From: an uncultured Acidobacteriota bacterium
GTDB taxonomy: Bacteria > Acidobacteriota > Vicinamibacteria > Vicinamibacterales > UBA2999
Assembly (NCBI GenBank): GCA_902826065.1
Contig: CADEDM010000001.1
Coordinates: 23,340 to 87,339, forward strand
Direction: 5' to 3'
DNA length: 64,000 bases
Of the stretch, positions 32,843 through 41,336 are shown in pieces. The notes below the pieces were generated by a model. That model saw nothing but the letters and a program-made list of their open reading frames with translations. It made no database searches and was not told where the DNA came from. The translations under genes were made by a program, and so were the position numbers. Numbering within the stretch: the stretch's first letter is position 1; each line of letters begins with the position of its first letter.

Positions 32843-33670
32843 TCAGCGAATGGTCAGTTCGTTGGAGGGGTCGGAGAGACCTGCGGCGCCGACCGCGCGC
32901 ACTCGCACGTAGTAGGTGCCCGGCGGCACATCGATCGTGAACGAGGTCACGTTGCCGACGTTGAACGCGCCGATGTTCGAGATGCCAGCCGCCGTGCCGG
33001 CCTCGATCACGTACGAGGCCGCGCCTCCGCCGGATGGCGCCGCCCACGTGAAGCGGGCGCGACGGCCGGTCCAGGTGACGCGCAGCGAGGTCGGTCGTCC
33101 CACCGGCGCCGGCCCGGCGACCTGGAACATCACTTCGTTCGACGATGGCCCGATGCCGACGACGTTGGCCGCGTAGACCCGGGCGTAATAAGTGCCCGGC
33201 GGGAGCGCGCCGCCCGCAGACGTCGCCAAGCCGATCGGCAGGCCGTTGAGCAGGTTGGCCGCGCCCGGCGCGGTGCCAGCCGAGATCAGGTAGCCCACAG
33301 GGACGCCGCCGGAGTTCGGCGGGGCCCAGGCGAGCGCGACGTTCGCGCCGGAAACCGACGCCGAGAGGCTCTCGGGACGGCCCGGTGGCGTAGCAAGGTC
33401 GATCTCCAGTTCGATCGACCCCGGCCCGAGCAGCCGACTCGCCGAGTAGCCGTTGACCGCGACGTAGTAGCGGCCGCCGACGGGCAGCGGCAGCGCCACT
33501 TGGGTGACGCCGCCGACGTCGAATGCGGCCAGGGGCGCTCCAGGTGTCAGGCCCACCGTGACGTAGTAGCCCACGGTGACGCCGTCGTTGCTGGGATCCC
33601 ACGCCACGGTCAGCGCCTGAGCGGCGGCCGGCCACAGCGTGCCGACCAGCGCTATCGTCAACGCGATCAT
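32843..33670 (-). CDS. Secreted protein of three FN3-like modules
   Basis: Start moved to the ATG at 33670 (MIALTIALVGTLWPAAAQA signal peptide); the track start at 33760 is a TTG. The modules end in ...PPGTYYARVYAANVVGIGPSSNEV and ...PPGTYYVRVRAVGAAGLSDPSNELTIR. There is no PEP-CTERM tail. Confidence 0.75.
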   Translation of the reverse strand: MIALTIALVGTLWPAAAQALTVAWDPSNDGVTVGYYVTVGLTPGAPLAAFDVGGVTQVALPLPVGGRYYVAVNGYSASRLLGPGSIELEIDLATPPGRPESLSASVSGANVALAWAPPNSGGVPVGYLISAGTAPGAANLLNGLPIGLATSAGGALPPGTYYARVYAANVVGIGPSSNEVMFQVAGPAPVGRPTSLRVTWTGRRARFTWAAPSGGGAASYVIEAGTAAGISNIGAFNVGNVTSFTIDVPPGTYYVRVRAVGAAGLSDPSNELTIR

Positions 33671-33755
33671 CCCGGAGCGAAGGTTGGAAACCCGGGGAAG
33701 GGCGCGAGACGGCAGCGTAGTCGAGGTTAGGAAGAACACGTCGGGGCCGCGCCGA

Positions 33756-33773
33756 TACAAAAGTCGAGCCAGA
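33756..33773 (-). promoter_or_regulatory. Weak sigma-54-like element upstream of 32843-33670
   Basis: The minus strand reads TCTGGCTCGACTTTTGTA (TGGCTC-N5-TTGTA). The spacing is correct, but the -12 GC is GT. Confidence 0.2.
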
Positions 33774-33914
33774 ACCTGAACTGTCGGCGATTTCTCACAC
33801 TCTCACGTATTTCCACATGTCGGCCGGCCCGACTGTGTCTGGATATTGAACACGACGGACCAAGCCTGAGTGTAAGAACGTAAGTCGCCGCACAAAGCTG
33901 TCGGCGAGGACCGT

Positions 33915-36038
33915 CTACTGCAGAACCGCTTCGTTCGATGGGGCGCTGATGCCAGACGCGTTCTTGGCGCGCACTCGCACGTAGAAGGGCCCAGGGGGCG
34001 CAGGGGCGGAGAACTGGGTGACGTTGCCAACCTCGAAGGCGCCGATGTTCATGACGCCTGGCGCGGTGCCCACCTCGATGACGTAACTCGTCGCCGCGGG
34101 ACCCGCCGGCGCATCCCAGCGCAGCACGGCGTTGCCGCCCGCGCGGCTCACCTGGAATCCGGTCGGGGCGCGGAGACCGCCGCCAGCGACGCTCAGCATC
34201 AGGTCCGCTGTCGGCTCCGAGTCGCCGTAGTCGTTGGCCGCGCGGACCCGCACGAAGTAGGTGCCCGGCGGAATCGGGACGCTGAACGAGGTCACGTTGC
34301 CCAGGTTCACCGTGCCGATGTCCGAGAGGCCCGCGCCGGTGCCCGCCTCGAGGAGGAACGTCGTGGGCACGTCTTCCACGCCGCCGTCAGCCGCCCCTGG
34401 GCTCCACGACAGCACCGCCGTCGAGCCTACCCAGCGCACCTTGAAGCCCTGCGGCGTCGTGAGGCTCCGGCCGACCGTGAACGTCGCCAGGTTGGAGTAG
34501 CCGCTGACCCCGATGGCGTTTTCGGCGCGGATCCGGGTCCAGTAGCGGCCACGCGGCAGGTCGGCGGCGATGCTGAGCACGTTGCCCACCGGGTAGCCGC
34601 TGACCAGCGTCTGCGTCGAGCCGTTGTAGCCGACGTCGATCAGGTAGCGCGTGGGCGCGGCACCTGAGGGCGCGCGCCACGAGAAGGTGACGCGGGCCCC
34701 GGAAACCGACGCCATCATGCCCGAGGGCGCTCCGGGCGCAGTCGGCGCCGGGGTCGACGCCGGGCTCACGGTGGCCGTCTTCGTCACCGACACGCCCGCG
34801 GAGTTCGTCGCGACGATCGTGAAGGTCGTCGTCGAGTTGACCGTGTCGGTGACCGAGCCGTTCACCGACGACATCGGCTCGCCATCGAGCGTCACGCGCA
34901 CGGCATTGGTGGTCTGCCATGACACCAGCGCGCGGTTGGAACTCTGCATCACCGCCGTGACCGTGGCCGTCGGCGCAGCCGCCGGCGCCGTCACCGTGAC
35001 GGTCGCGCTCTTCGTGACCGACGCGCCGGCCGCGTTGGTAGCCACGAGCGTGAACGTCGTCGTCGCCGAGATCGCGACGGTAGCCGAGCCGCTCGCGGCC
35101 ACCGTGGCGCCGTTGATCTTCACGCTGGTGGCGTTGGTCGTCGACCATGTCACCACGGCGTTGTTGCCGCTGCGCGTCGCGGTGAGCGTTGCCGTGGGCG
35201 CCGGCGGCGCATTGATGGTGACGGTGGCGCTCTTCGTGACCGACGCGCCGGCCGCGTTGGTAGCCACGAGCGTGAACGTCGTCGTCGCCGAGATCGCGAC
35301 GGTAGCCGAGCCGCTCGCGGCCACCGTGGCGCCGTTGATCTTCACGCTGGTGGCGTTGGCCGTCGACCACGTCACTACGGCGTTGCTGCCGCTACGCGAG
35401 GCCGAAATCGTGGCCGTCGGCGCCGGTGGCGCGCTGATGGAGACCGTGGCGCTCTTCGTCGTCGTGAGGCCGCTGGCGCCGGTCGCGACCAGGGTGAAGG
35501 TGGTCGTGGCCGAAATAGCGACCGTCGCACTGCCGCTGGTCGCCACGGCCGCGCCGTTGATGACGACGCTCGTCGCGCTGCTGGTCGACCACGTCACGAT
35601 CGCGTTGCTGCCACTCAACGTGGCGGTGATGCTGGCCGTGGGCGCGGAGTCGCCGGGCAGCGTGATCGTCGCTTCGTTCGACGCCGCTCCCAGTTGCGCC
35701 GAGGCGTTGTAGGCGCGTACCGTGAAGTAGTACGTGGCACCGCGGTTCAGCGAGAGCTGATCGCTCGTTTGATTGCCGGCGTCGTGACTCCACTGATACG
35801 ACCCGGACGACGTGCCGTAGTAGACGATGTAGCCCGTCGTCATGCCGTCGCTATTGGCGTCCCACGCCGCAGTGACCGTCGACGTCTGGGCGTGTGCCGC
35901 CGGCGCGAAGCCGAGCACCAGCGCCAGCGCCGTGAACGTCCCCACCAGCCACTGACCAAGAGTGCGCACGGCGCTGCCGCCGCGACCGAACGAACGAGCG
36001 AACACGGAAATCCCCACGAGCGTCACCACTGCCTCCAT
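33915..36038 (-). CDS. Large secreted repeat protein: FN3, four 72-77-aa Ig-like repeats, then three FN3-like modules
   Basis: 707 aa. The signal peptide ends ...ALVLGFAPAAHAQ. An alternative GTG start at 35969 would give a cleaner signal peptide. The C-terminal modules are paralogous to 32843-33670. The protein ends ...SAPSNEAVLQ, with no PEP-CTERM tail. Confidence 0.8.
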   Translation of the reverse strand: MEAVVTLVGISVFARSFGRGGSAVRTLGQWLVGTFTALALVLGFAPAAHAQTSTVTAAWDANSDGMTTGYIVYYGTSSGSYQWSHDAGNQTSDQLSLNRGATYYFTVRAYNASAQLGAASNEATITLPGDSAPTASITATLSGSNAIVTWSTSSATSVVINGAAVATSGSATVAISATTTFTLVATGASGLTTTKSATVSISAPPAPTATISASRSGSNAVVTWSTANATSVKINGATVAASGSATVAISATTTFTLVATNAAGASVTKSATVTINAPPAPTATLTATRSGNNAVVTWSTTNATSVKINGATVAASGSATVAISATTTFTLVATNAAGASVTKSATVTVTAPAAAPTATVTAVMQSSNRALVSWQTTNAVRVTLDGEPMSSVNGSVTDTVNSTTTFTIVATNSAGVSVTKTATVSPASTPAPTAPGAPSGMMASVSGARVTFSWRAPSGAAPTRYLIDVGYNGSTQTLVSGYPVGNVLSIAADLPRGRYWTRIRAENAIGVSGYSNLATFTVGRSLTTPQGFKVRWVGSTAVLSWSPGAADGGVEDVPTTFLLEAGTGAGLSDIGTVNLGNVTSFSVPIPPGTYFVRVRAANDYGDSEPTADLMLSVAGGGLRAPTGFQVSRAGGNAVLRWDAPAGPAATSYVIEVGTAPGVMNIGAFEVGNVTQFSAPAPPGPFYVRVRAKNASGISAPSNEAVLQ
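34758..35648 (-). repeat. Four in-frame tandem repeats (period 222 nt / 74 aa for the central pair) inside 33915-36038
   Basis: R2 (35432-35211) and R3 (35210-34989) share long identical DNA runs. For example, gcgctcttcgtgaccgacgcgccggccgcgttggtagccacgagcgtgaacgtcgtcgtcgccgagatcgcgacggtagccgagccgctcgcggccaccgtggcgccgttgatcttcacgctggtggcgttgg occurs at ~35005 and ~35227. R1 and R4 are diverged. Confidence 0.9.
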
Positions 36039-36195
36039 CCGCGGAGGCGTTTATCCGAGAGCGTTGGTTCGAAGCCCTGGGGGTGGTGGGCAGCGCGGGT
36101 GGGGAGGAAACCCGCGACGCCGCGAACCAAGATTCGAGCCAGCCTCGTGGCCCGGGCTCGGTTCGTGCGCTTCGACATCATCGGGAAGGCCCTAT

Positions 36196-36213
36196 ATCGA
36201 GAACCGTGCCACT
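36196..36213 (-). promoter_or_regulatory. Weak sigma-54-like element upstream of 33915-36038
   Basis: The minus strand reads AGTGGCACGGTTCTCGATA. The -24 element TGGCACG is perfect and the spacing is correct, but the -12 element is poor (TCGAT instead of TTGCW). Confidence 0.2.
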
Positions 36214-36682
36214 CACGTGGCGCGATCACGTCGATGCGGCTAACTCGCTGCGATGCCTCGCACTTAAAGCGATGCGCGACGATCGCGTACGACCCCGGTC
36301 GCCGACCCCGGCGCGCGCTGGCATTTCACTTCTGGTACGGGGGACCGAAATTCGTGTCCATCGCGCGAATCACAGCGAAATGCAGTGGTCGTGATGAACT
36401 TTTGACCGGGCTCGAGACGCCGATCGATACACGCGCAGTGCCAGAACGTGCTGCACGCGCCGGCCTGCGGCCGCTGTTCCGAGCGCGCCCATCAGACAAA
36501 CACTGAGTCGTGTCCGAGCGGTGTTTCAGCCACTGCGCCAAAATCGTGTGTTGCCGGATCGGCAACGGCGCGAGGCACGCAGGTGTGCACGATCTGACGC
36601 GCGTCCCGGGTGTTCCGTCGTCGCGGTGCGTGACCGGGCGATGCGGATCGCAGTCGCGTGCAGAGCGGTGTAAGGTATCGCG

Positions 36683-38215
36683 ATGTCGCTGAGCCGCCGC
36701 GCGTTTGCCACCTCGCTCGTCGCCACCACCGTCGTCGGTCGGCCACGCCTGCGCGCCGTCTCACGCCAGGGCGCGGCACGGCCAGCCACGCCCACCGACC
36801 TCGCCTGGCTGTCGCTCACGGAGGCTGCGGACCTGGTGAAGGCACGGAAGGTGTCGTCGGCTGAACTCGTCGCCGCGTGCCTCGATCGCATCCGGATCTA
36901 CAACCCCAAGGTGAACGCGTTCATCACCGTCACCGGCGAGGCGGCACTGGCCCGTGCCAAGGCGCTCGACGCCATGCCGGCCAGCGCCCCGCGCGGCCCG
37001 TTGCACGGCGTCCCGATCGCGCTGAAGGACAACATCGACACCGCCGGCGTGAGAACCACGGCGGCGAGCAGCGTCTACGACGACCGCGTGCCGGCCGAGG
37101 ACGCCGAGGTCGTGCGCCGGCTCACCGCGGCCGGCGCCGTGGTAGTGGGGAAGCTCAACCTCCACGAGTTCGCCAACGGCGGCACGTCGGCCACCAGCTA
37201 CTTCGGCCCGGTGCGCAATCCGTGGGCGCTGGATCGCAATCCCGGCGGGTCGTCCGGCGGATCCGCGGCCGCGGTGTCGGCCGCGCTCTGCTACGGCGCC
37301 CTCGGCACCGATACCGGAGGGTCGATTCGCACGCCGGCGTCGTTCTGCAGTGTCGTCGGCCTGAAGCCGACCTACGGGCTGGTGTCGATTCGCGGCATCA
37401 TCCCGCTGGTCGTCTCGCTCGATCATTGCGGCCCGCTCACGCGCACCGTGTCGGATGCCGCGCTGATGCTGCAGGCGATGGCCGGCTACGACCGTCTCGA
37501 CATCGCCAGCGTCGAGCACGCGCCGGAGAACTACGTCGGCGCCCTGGCACAACCGGTGAAAGGCCTGCGCGTGGGCATCGCCCGCGTGCCGTTCGTCGAT
37601 CACCTCGACGACGACGTCGCCAGCACGTTCGAGGCGGCGCTCCGGACCCTCGCCTCGCTCACCGCGAGCCAGCGCGACGTGGTGCTGCCGTCGACGAATG
37701 ACATCAGCCTCGGCGGCGAGATGTACGCCTACCACGAGGCGCTCTTCGCGAAGATGTCCGGCCGCTACCAGATCCCGACGCGGCGCAACCTGCAGAACGG
37801 CGCCAACGCCAAGGCCGCCGACTACGTGCGCGGCCGCTGGGCCCTCGAGCTGATGCGCCGCACCATCGACGACGCCTTCAAGGACGTCGACGTCGTGGTG
37901 CTGCCGACCCGCCGGCACACGCCGCGCACCGTCGACGCCGCGCTGCAGCGCGAGGAGACCGATGTGCCGCGCAATCCCGAGCTCGAGAACACCGGGCAGT
38001 TCAACGTCTATGGCGTGCCGGCGATCTCGGTGCCGTGCGGCTTCACGTCAACCGGGATGCCCGTGGGTCTGATGATCGCCGGCCCGCGCTTCAGTGAGGG
38101 CCGGGTGCTGGCGCTGGCGAAGGCGTTCGAGCAGGCCACGGAGTGGCACACCAAACGGCCGCCGATCACCCCCGACACAGCGGTGCCGCCGCTCGCGAAG
38201 ACCAACGGCGACTGA
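36683..38215 (+). CDS. Amidase (amidase-signature family), probable Tat-exported
   Basis: MSLSRRAFATSLVATTVVG (S-R-R-x-F Tat-like motif); KDNIDTAG; GGSSGGSAAAVSA; GTDTGGSIRTPA. Confidence 0.9.
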   Translation: MSLSRRAFATSLVATTVVGRPRLRAVSRQGAARPATPTDLAWLSLTEAADLVKARKVSSAELVAACLDRIRIYNPKVNAFITVTGEAALARAKALDAMPASAPRGPLHGVPIALKDNIDTAGVRTTAASSVYDDRVPAEDAEVVRRLTAAGAVVVGKLNLHEFANGGTSATSYFGPVRNPWALDRNPGGSSGGSAAAVSAALCYGALGTDTGGSIRTPASFCSVVGLKPTYGLVSIRGIIPLVVSLDHCGPLTRTVSDAALMLQAMAGYDRLDIASVEHAPENYVGALAQPVKGLRVGIARVPFVDHLDDDVASTFEAALRTLASLTASQRDVVLPSTNDISLGGEMYAYHEALFAKMSGRYQIPTRRNLQNGANAKAADYVRGRWALELMRRTIDDAFKDVDVVVLPTRRHTPRTVDAALQREETDVPRNPELENTGQFNVYGVPAISVPCGFTSTGMPVGLMIAGPRFSEGRVLALAKAFEQATEWHTKRPPITPDTAVPPLAKTNGD

Positions 38216-38252
38216 GAGCTGTGACGCTCGCCGGCCGGCCGCTGGCGCCTGG

Positions 38253-38834
38253 CTAGCGCGCCATCCGCCGGCGCATCACGAACGCGCCGAGGGCCGCGCC
38301 GACGACGAGGGCGATGGCGCCGACGACATAGAGGTTGCGCGTGGCGGCGTTCAGCAGCGGGTTGTCGAGCGCGTTCCACGACACGTGGTAGCTGGTGAGC
38401 AGCCAGCGGCCGTCCTGCTTCACCATCGTCGCCGTCCAGCGGTTCTCGAACTCGAACGAGGCGCCCAGCACGTTGAACTGGCCCACCGAGCGGCCGAACG
38501 ACACGCCGCTCGTGCCGCCGTTGTAGAGGAGGGTGAGGTCGTCGGGCGTGGGCGGCACCTTGTAGCCACCGAACGACTGCCGGCCCATGCGCTCGAAGAA
38601 GGTCCGCACGCCCTCGCGGCCGCGGTTCACCTCGCCGTTCTGCCAGGTCACGACGACGTCCGGGTGCAGGGCCGGGAGCACCTTCTCGATGTCCTGCGCG
38701 GTGATGGCGGCGAGCAGCTCCTGCCGCAACGCGCGCAGTTCCGCGTGGGCCGGATCTTCGGCCTGAGCGAAGGCGGGCACGGTCAGGGACAGTGTCAGAA
38801 TGCACGCGAATGCGGCCGCACGTGACAGGCTCAT
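38253..38834 (-). CDS. SnoaL/NTF2-like (DUF4440-like) secreted protein with a C-terminal TM anchor
   Basis: Start moved to the ATG at 38834 (MSLSRAAAFACILTLSLTVPAFAQ). The core (HPDVVVTWQNGEVNRGREGVRTFF...RWTATMVKQDGRWLLTSYHVS) is NTF2-like. The C-terminus LYVVGAIALVVGAALGAFVMRRR is a TM helix. Confidence 0.55.
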   Translation of the reverse strand: MSLSRAAAFACILTLSLTVPAFAQAEDPAHAELRALRQELLAAITAQDIEKVLPALHPDVVVTWQNGEVNRGREGVRTFFERMGRQSFGGYKVPPTPDDLTLLYNGGTSGVSFGRSVGQFNVLGASFEFENRWTATMVKQDGRWLLTSYHVSWNALDNPLLNAATRNLYVVGAIALVVGAALGAFVMRRRMAR

Positions 38835-38889
38835 GGGGTCTCCGATGATGGCGCGCGACGCGGCGACGCGCCTCGCAGCGGAGTAAGCA

Positions 38890-40014
38890 TTGCCGACCTC
38901 GGGCATCCAACTCAAGCATCGCTGGAGCGTCGGGCACAATTACCTCGCCGGCATCACCCTCGGCGACTGGTGGCGGCTGCTCGCGGCGAACCGCTTCGAC
39001 GTCGACGCGCCGTACTGGCATCGCGCGGCAGTGGTCACGGCCCTGAGCCTCGTGAACTCGGTCCACCGGTGGCGCGAGCGTCGCTGGGATGCCGACATCG
39101 CCGCGACGGCCCTGGCCGGCCCGCCGCTGTTCGTGCTGGGCCACTGGCGCAGCGGCACGACGCACCTGCACAACCTGTTCGCACAGGACGTCGACCAGTT
39201 CGCGTACGCCAACACCTATCAGGTCATCAACCCGCACACGTTCCTCGCCACTGAGGACCTCAACTCGCGACTGTTCGCGGGCCTCGTTCCGAAGACGCGG
39301 CCCATGGACAACATGGCGCTGAGCTTCCGGACCCCGCAGGAGGACGAGTTCGCGCCCTGCCTGATGACCGGCCTGTCACCGTACATGGGCGTGACCTTCC
39401 CCCGGCACGACGCCGCCTATGAACGCTTCCTGACCTTCCACGACGCCTCGCCCGAAGAAGTGGCGGCATGGAAAGCGGCGTTCCTGTGGTTCGTGAAGAA
39501 GCTGACGTTGAAGCATGGCCGTGCCATCGTGCTGAAGTCGCCCACGCACACTGCCCGCGTGCGCCTGCTGCTCGAGCTGTTTCCCGATGCGCGGTTCGTC
39601 CACGTGCACCGCCATCCGTACGAGGTCTTCCAGTCGTTCCGCCACTACTACGACACGGCCATGTGGTACACCTACCTGCAGCGGCCGGATCTCGAGGTCA
39701 TCGACGCGCGCATCCTCGCGCGCTACACCGAGATGCACGACGCTCTCTTCGCCGACCGCGCGCTCGTGCCCGAGGGCCGCTTCCACGAGCTGCGCTACGA
39801 GGACCTCGAGCGCGACCCGCTCGGCCAGATGCGCGAGACGTATGCGCGCCTCGGCCTCGCCGGCTTCGACCGGGCCGCCCCGCGGCTCACGGCGTACCTG
39901 GCGACCTTGCGCGACTACGAGAAGAACGCGTTCGCCCCGTTGGCGCCCGACGACCGGGCGCGCGTCGCCCAAGAGTGGCGACGCAGCTTCGAGGTCTGGG
40001 GCTACCGTGCCTGA
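38890..40014 (+). CDS. Sulfotransferase family protein
   Basis: PAPS 5'-phosphosulfate-binding loop LFVLGHWRSGTTHLHNL; 3'-PB-like IVLKSPTHTARVRLLLELFPDARFVHVHRHP. TTG start as in the track; the exact start is uncertain. Confidence 0.8.
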   Translation: MPTSGIQLKHRWSVGHNYLAGITLGDWWRLLAANRFDVDAPYWHRAAVVTALSLVNSVHRWRERRWDADIAATALAGPPLFVLGHWRSGTTHLHNLFAQDVDQFAYANTYQVINPHTFLATEDLNSRLFAGLVPKTRPMDNMALSFRTPQEDEFAPCLMTGLSPYMGVTFPRHDAAYERFLTFHDASPEEVAAWKAAFLWFVKKLTLKHGRAIVLKSPTHTARVRLLLELFPDARFVHVHRHPYEVFQSFRHYYDTAMWYTYLQRPDLEVIDARILARYTEMHDALFADRALVPEGRFHELRYEDLERDPLGQMRETYARLGLAGFDRAAPRLTAYLATLRDYEKNAFAPLAPDDRARVAQEWRRSFEVWGYRA

Positions 40015-41326
40015 TCGCGCGCCTGGCCCGCCAGGGGATCGGTGGTTCGGCCACTTGCGGGCGTTCCGCCACGACGTCCTCGGGTTGCTGACAGGCGCCG
40101 CGCGCGACCACGGCGACATCGTCCGTTTCCGCGTCGGCCCGCTCGTCACGCATCTGGTGAACCACCCGGAGCACGTGAGCCACGTCCTGCAGGCGCGGGC
40201 GCGCGTCTACGACAAGCAGACGCGCAGCACCGCCGCGATCGCGGCAATCTGTGCCGAGAGCCTGCTCACCGCCACCGGTCCCGCGTGGGAATCGCGTCGG
40301 CGGCTGATCCAGCCGTCGTTCCATCGCGCCCGCCTCGCTCATCTGGCCGGCACGATGACCGACTGCATCGACGCGCGGCTGGCCCGCTGGCGTCCGGGCA
40401 CCGTGCTCGACGTGGCCTCCGAGATGATGGGCGTGACGTTCGCCATCGTCGGGCGCACGGTGCTGGGAGCGGACGTCAGCGGCGACGCGCCGGCGGTCGA
40501 GTCCGAGGTCGGCCGTCTGCTGGCGCATGTCTTCGAGCGCTGGGGGCAGCCGCTGCCGGTGCCGCGCTGGCTGCCCACCCCGTCGAACCGGCGGTTCGCC
40601 CGCGACCTCGCCGCCGTCGACCGGGTGGTTGCGCGGATCATCGCGGAGCACCGCGCCGACGCCTCCCGCGACTCCCTGCTGTCGATGCTGATGGCCGCGC
40701 GCGACGCCGAGACCGGCGCCGCGTTCACCGACGCCGAGCTGCGCCACGAGACGCTCACCATGCTGCTGGCCGGCCACGAGACGACGGCGTCGGCCGTGGC
40801 GTGGACATTCGCCTTGCTGGCGCAGCATCCGGATGCAGAAGCGCGCGTCAGCGCCGAGGTGCGGTCGGTGCTCGGTGGACGGCGGCCCGCACTCGACGAC
40901 CTGGTGAAGCTCACCGCGACGACGTCAGCGATCCAGGAGGCGATGCGGCTCTACCCGCCGATCTGGGCGATCGAGCGGCGGGCCGTGCACGACGACGAGA
41001 TCGGCGGCTTCGCGATTCCGGCGGGCTCGAGCGTGATCGTCAGCCCGTTCGTGCTGCACCGCCATCCGGCGTTCTGGCGCGAGGCCGACCGCTTCGATCC
41101 AGCGCGATTCGACGGCGTGAAGGCGCCGCCGGCCTACCTGCCGTTCGGCGCCGGGCCGCGCTACTGCATCGGACACGAGTTCGCGATGCTCGAGGCGCGC
41201 CTGATCGTGGCGAGGGTGCTGCAGCGGTTCCGCCTGGAACTGGCGCCAGGGCACGTCGTGGCGCCGCTGCCCAGCCTGACGCTGCGCCTGCGCCACGGCC
41301 TGCGGATGGCGCCGCACGCCCACTAG
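40007..41326 (+). CDS. Cytochrome P450
   Basis: GTG at 40007, 8 nt before the sulfotransferase stop. AGHETTA (I-helix), EAMRLYPP (ExxR), FGAGPRYCIGHEFA (heme Cys loop). The first 140 codons of track ORF 39587-41326 are out of frame inside the sulfotransferase. Confidence 0.9.
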   Translation: MPDRAPGPPGDRWFGHLRAFRHDVLGLLTGAARDHGDIVRFRVGPLVTHLVNHPEHVSHVLQARARVYDKQTRSTAAIAAICAESLLTATGPAWESRRRLIQPSFHRARLAHLAGTMTDCIDARLARWRPGTVLDVASEMMGVTFAIVGRTVLGADVSGDAPAVESEVGRLLAHVFERWGQPLPVPRWLPTPSNRRFARDLAAVDRVVARIIAEHRADASRDSLLSMLMAARDAETGAAFTDAELRHETLTMLLAGHETTASAVAWTFALLAQHPDAEARVSAEVRSVLGGRRPALDDLVKLTATTSAIQEAMRLYPPIWAIERRAVHDDEIGGFAIPAGSSVIVSPFVLHRHPAFWREADRFDPARFDGVKAPPAYLPFGAGPRYCIGHEFAMLEARLIVARVLQRFRLELAPGHVVAPLPSLTLRLRHGLRMAPHAH

Positions 41327-41336
41327 CCCGTGCGCG

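Noticed and set aside
34387-35712. ORFs 34387-35370 (-) and 34651-35712 (+) inside the repeat region
   Set aside because: They are frame-shifted or antisense readings of the tandem repeats. Their own internal periodicity simply mirrors the 222-nt DNA repeat of the real gene 33915-36038.
28299-36038. PEP-CTERM sorting signals on the secreted proteins of the locus
   Set aside because: The C-termini read ...RNLRVLPGE, ...SDPSNELTIR and ...SAPSNEAVLQ. None has a PEP motif followed by a hydrophobic helix and a basic tail.
36039-36682. 644-bp gene-free region checked for tRNA, ncRNA, riboswitch or a small ORF
   Set aside because: No cloverleaf-compatible arms, no strong conserved-looking hairpins and no convincing small ORF. 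The track ORFs here (36023-36229, 36083-36394, 36326-36565) are Arg-rich. I treat it as a divergent promoter region, and an ncRNA cannot be excluded without covariance-model searches.
38216-38252. Possible terminator hairpin between the amidase and SnoaL-like genes (cgccggccggccgctggcg)
   Set aside because: The inverted repeat is imperfect, very short and has no U-tract. It cannot be distinguished from GC-rich background.
39587-40006. N-terminal 140 codons of track ORF 39587-41326 (P450)
   Set aside because: They lie out of frame inside the sulfotransferase and are Ser/Thr/Arg-rich. P450 similarity begins right after the GTG at 40007.
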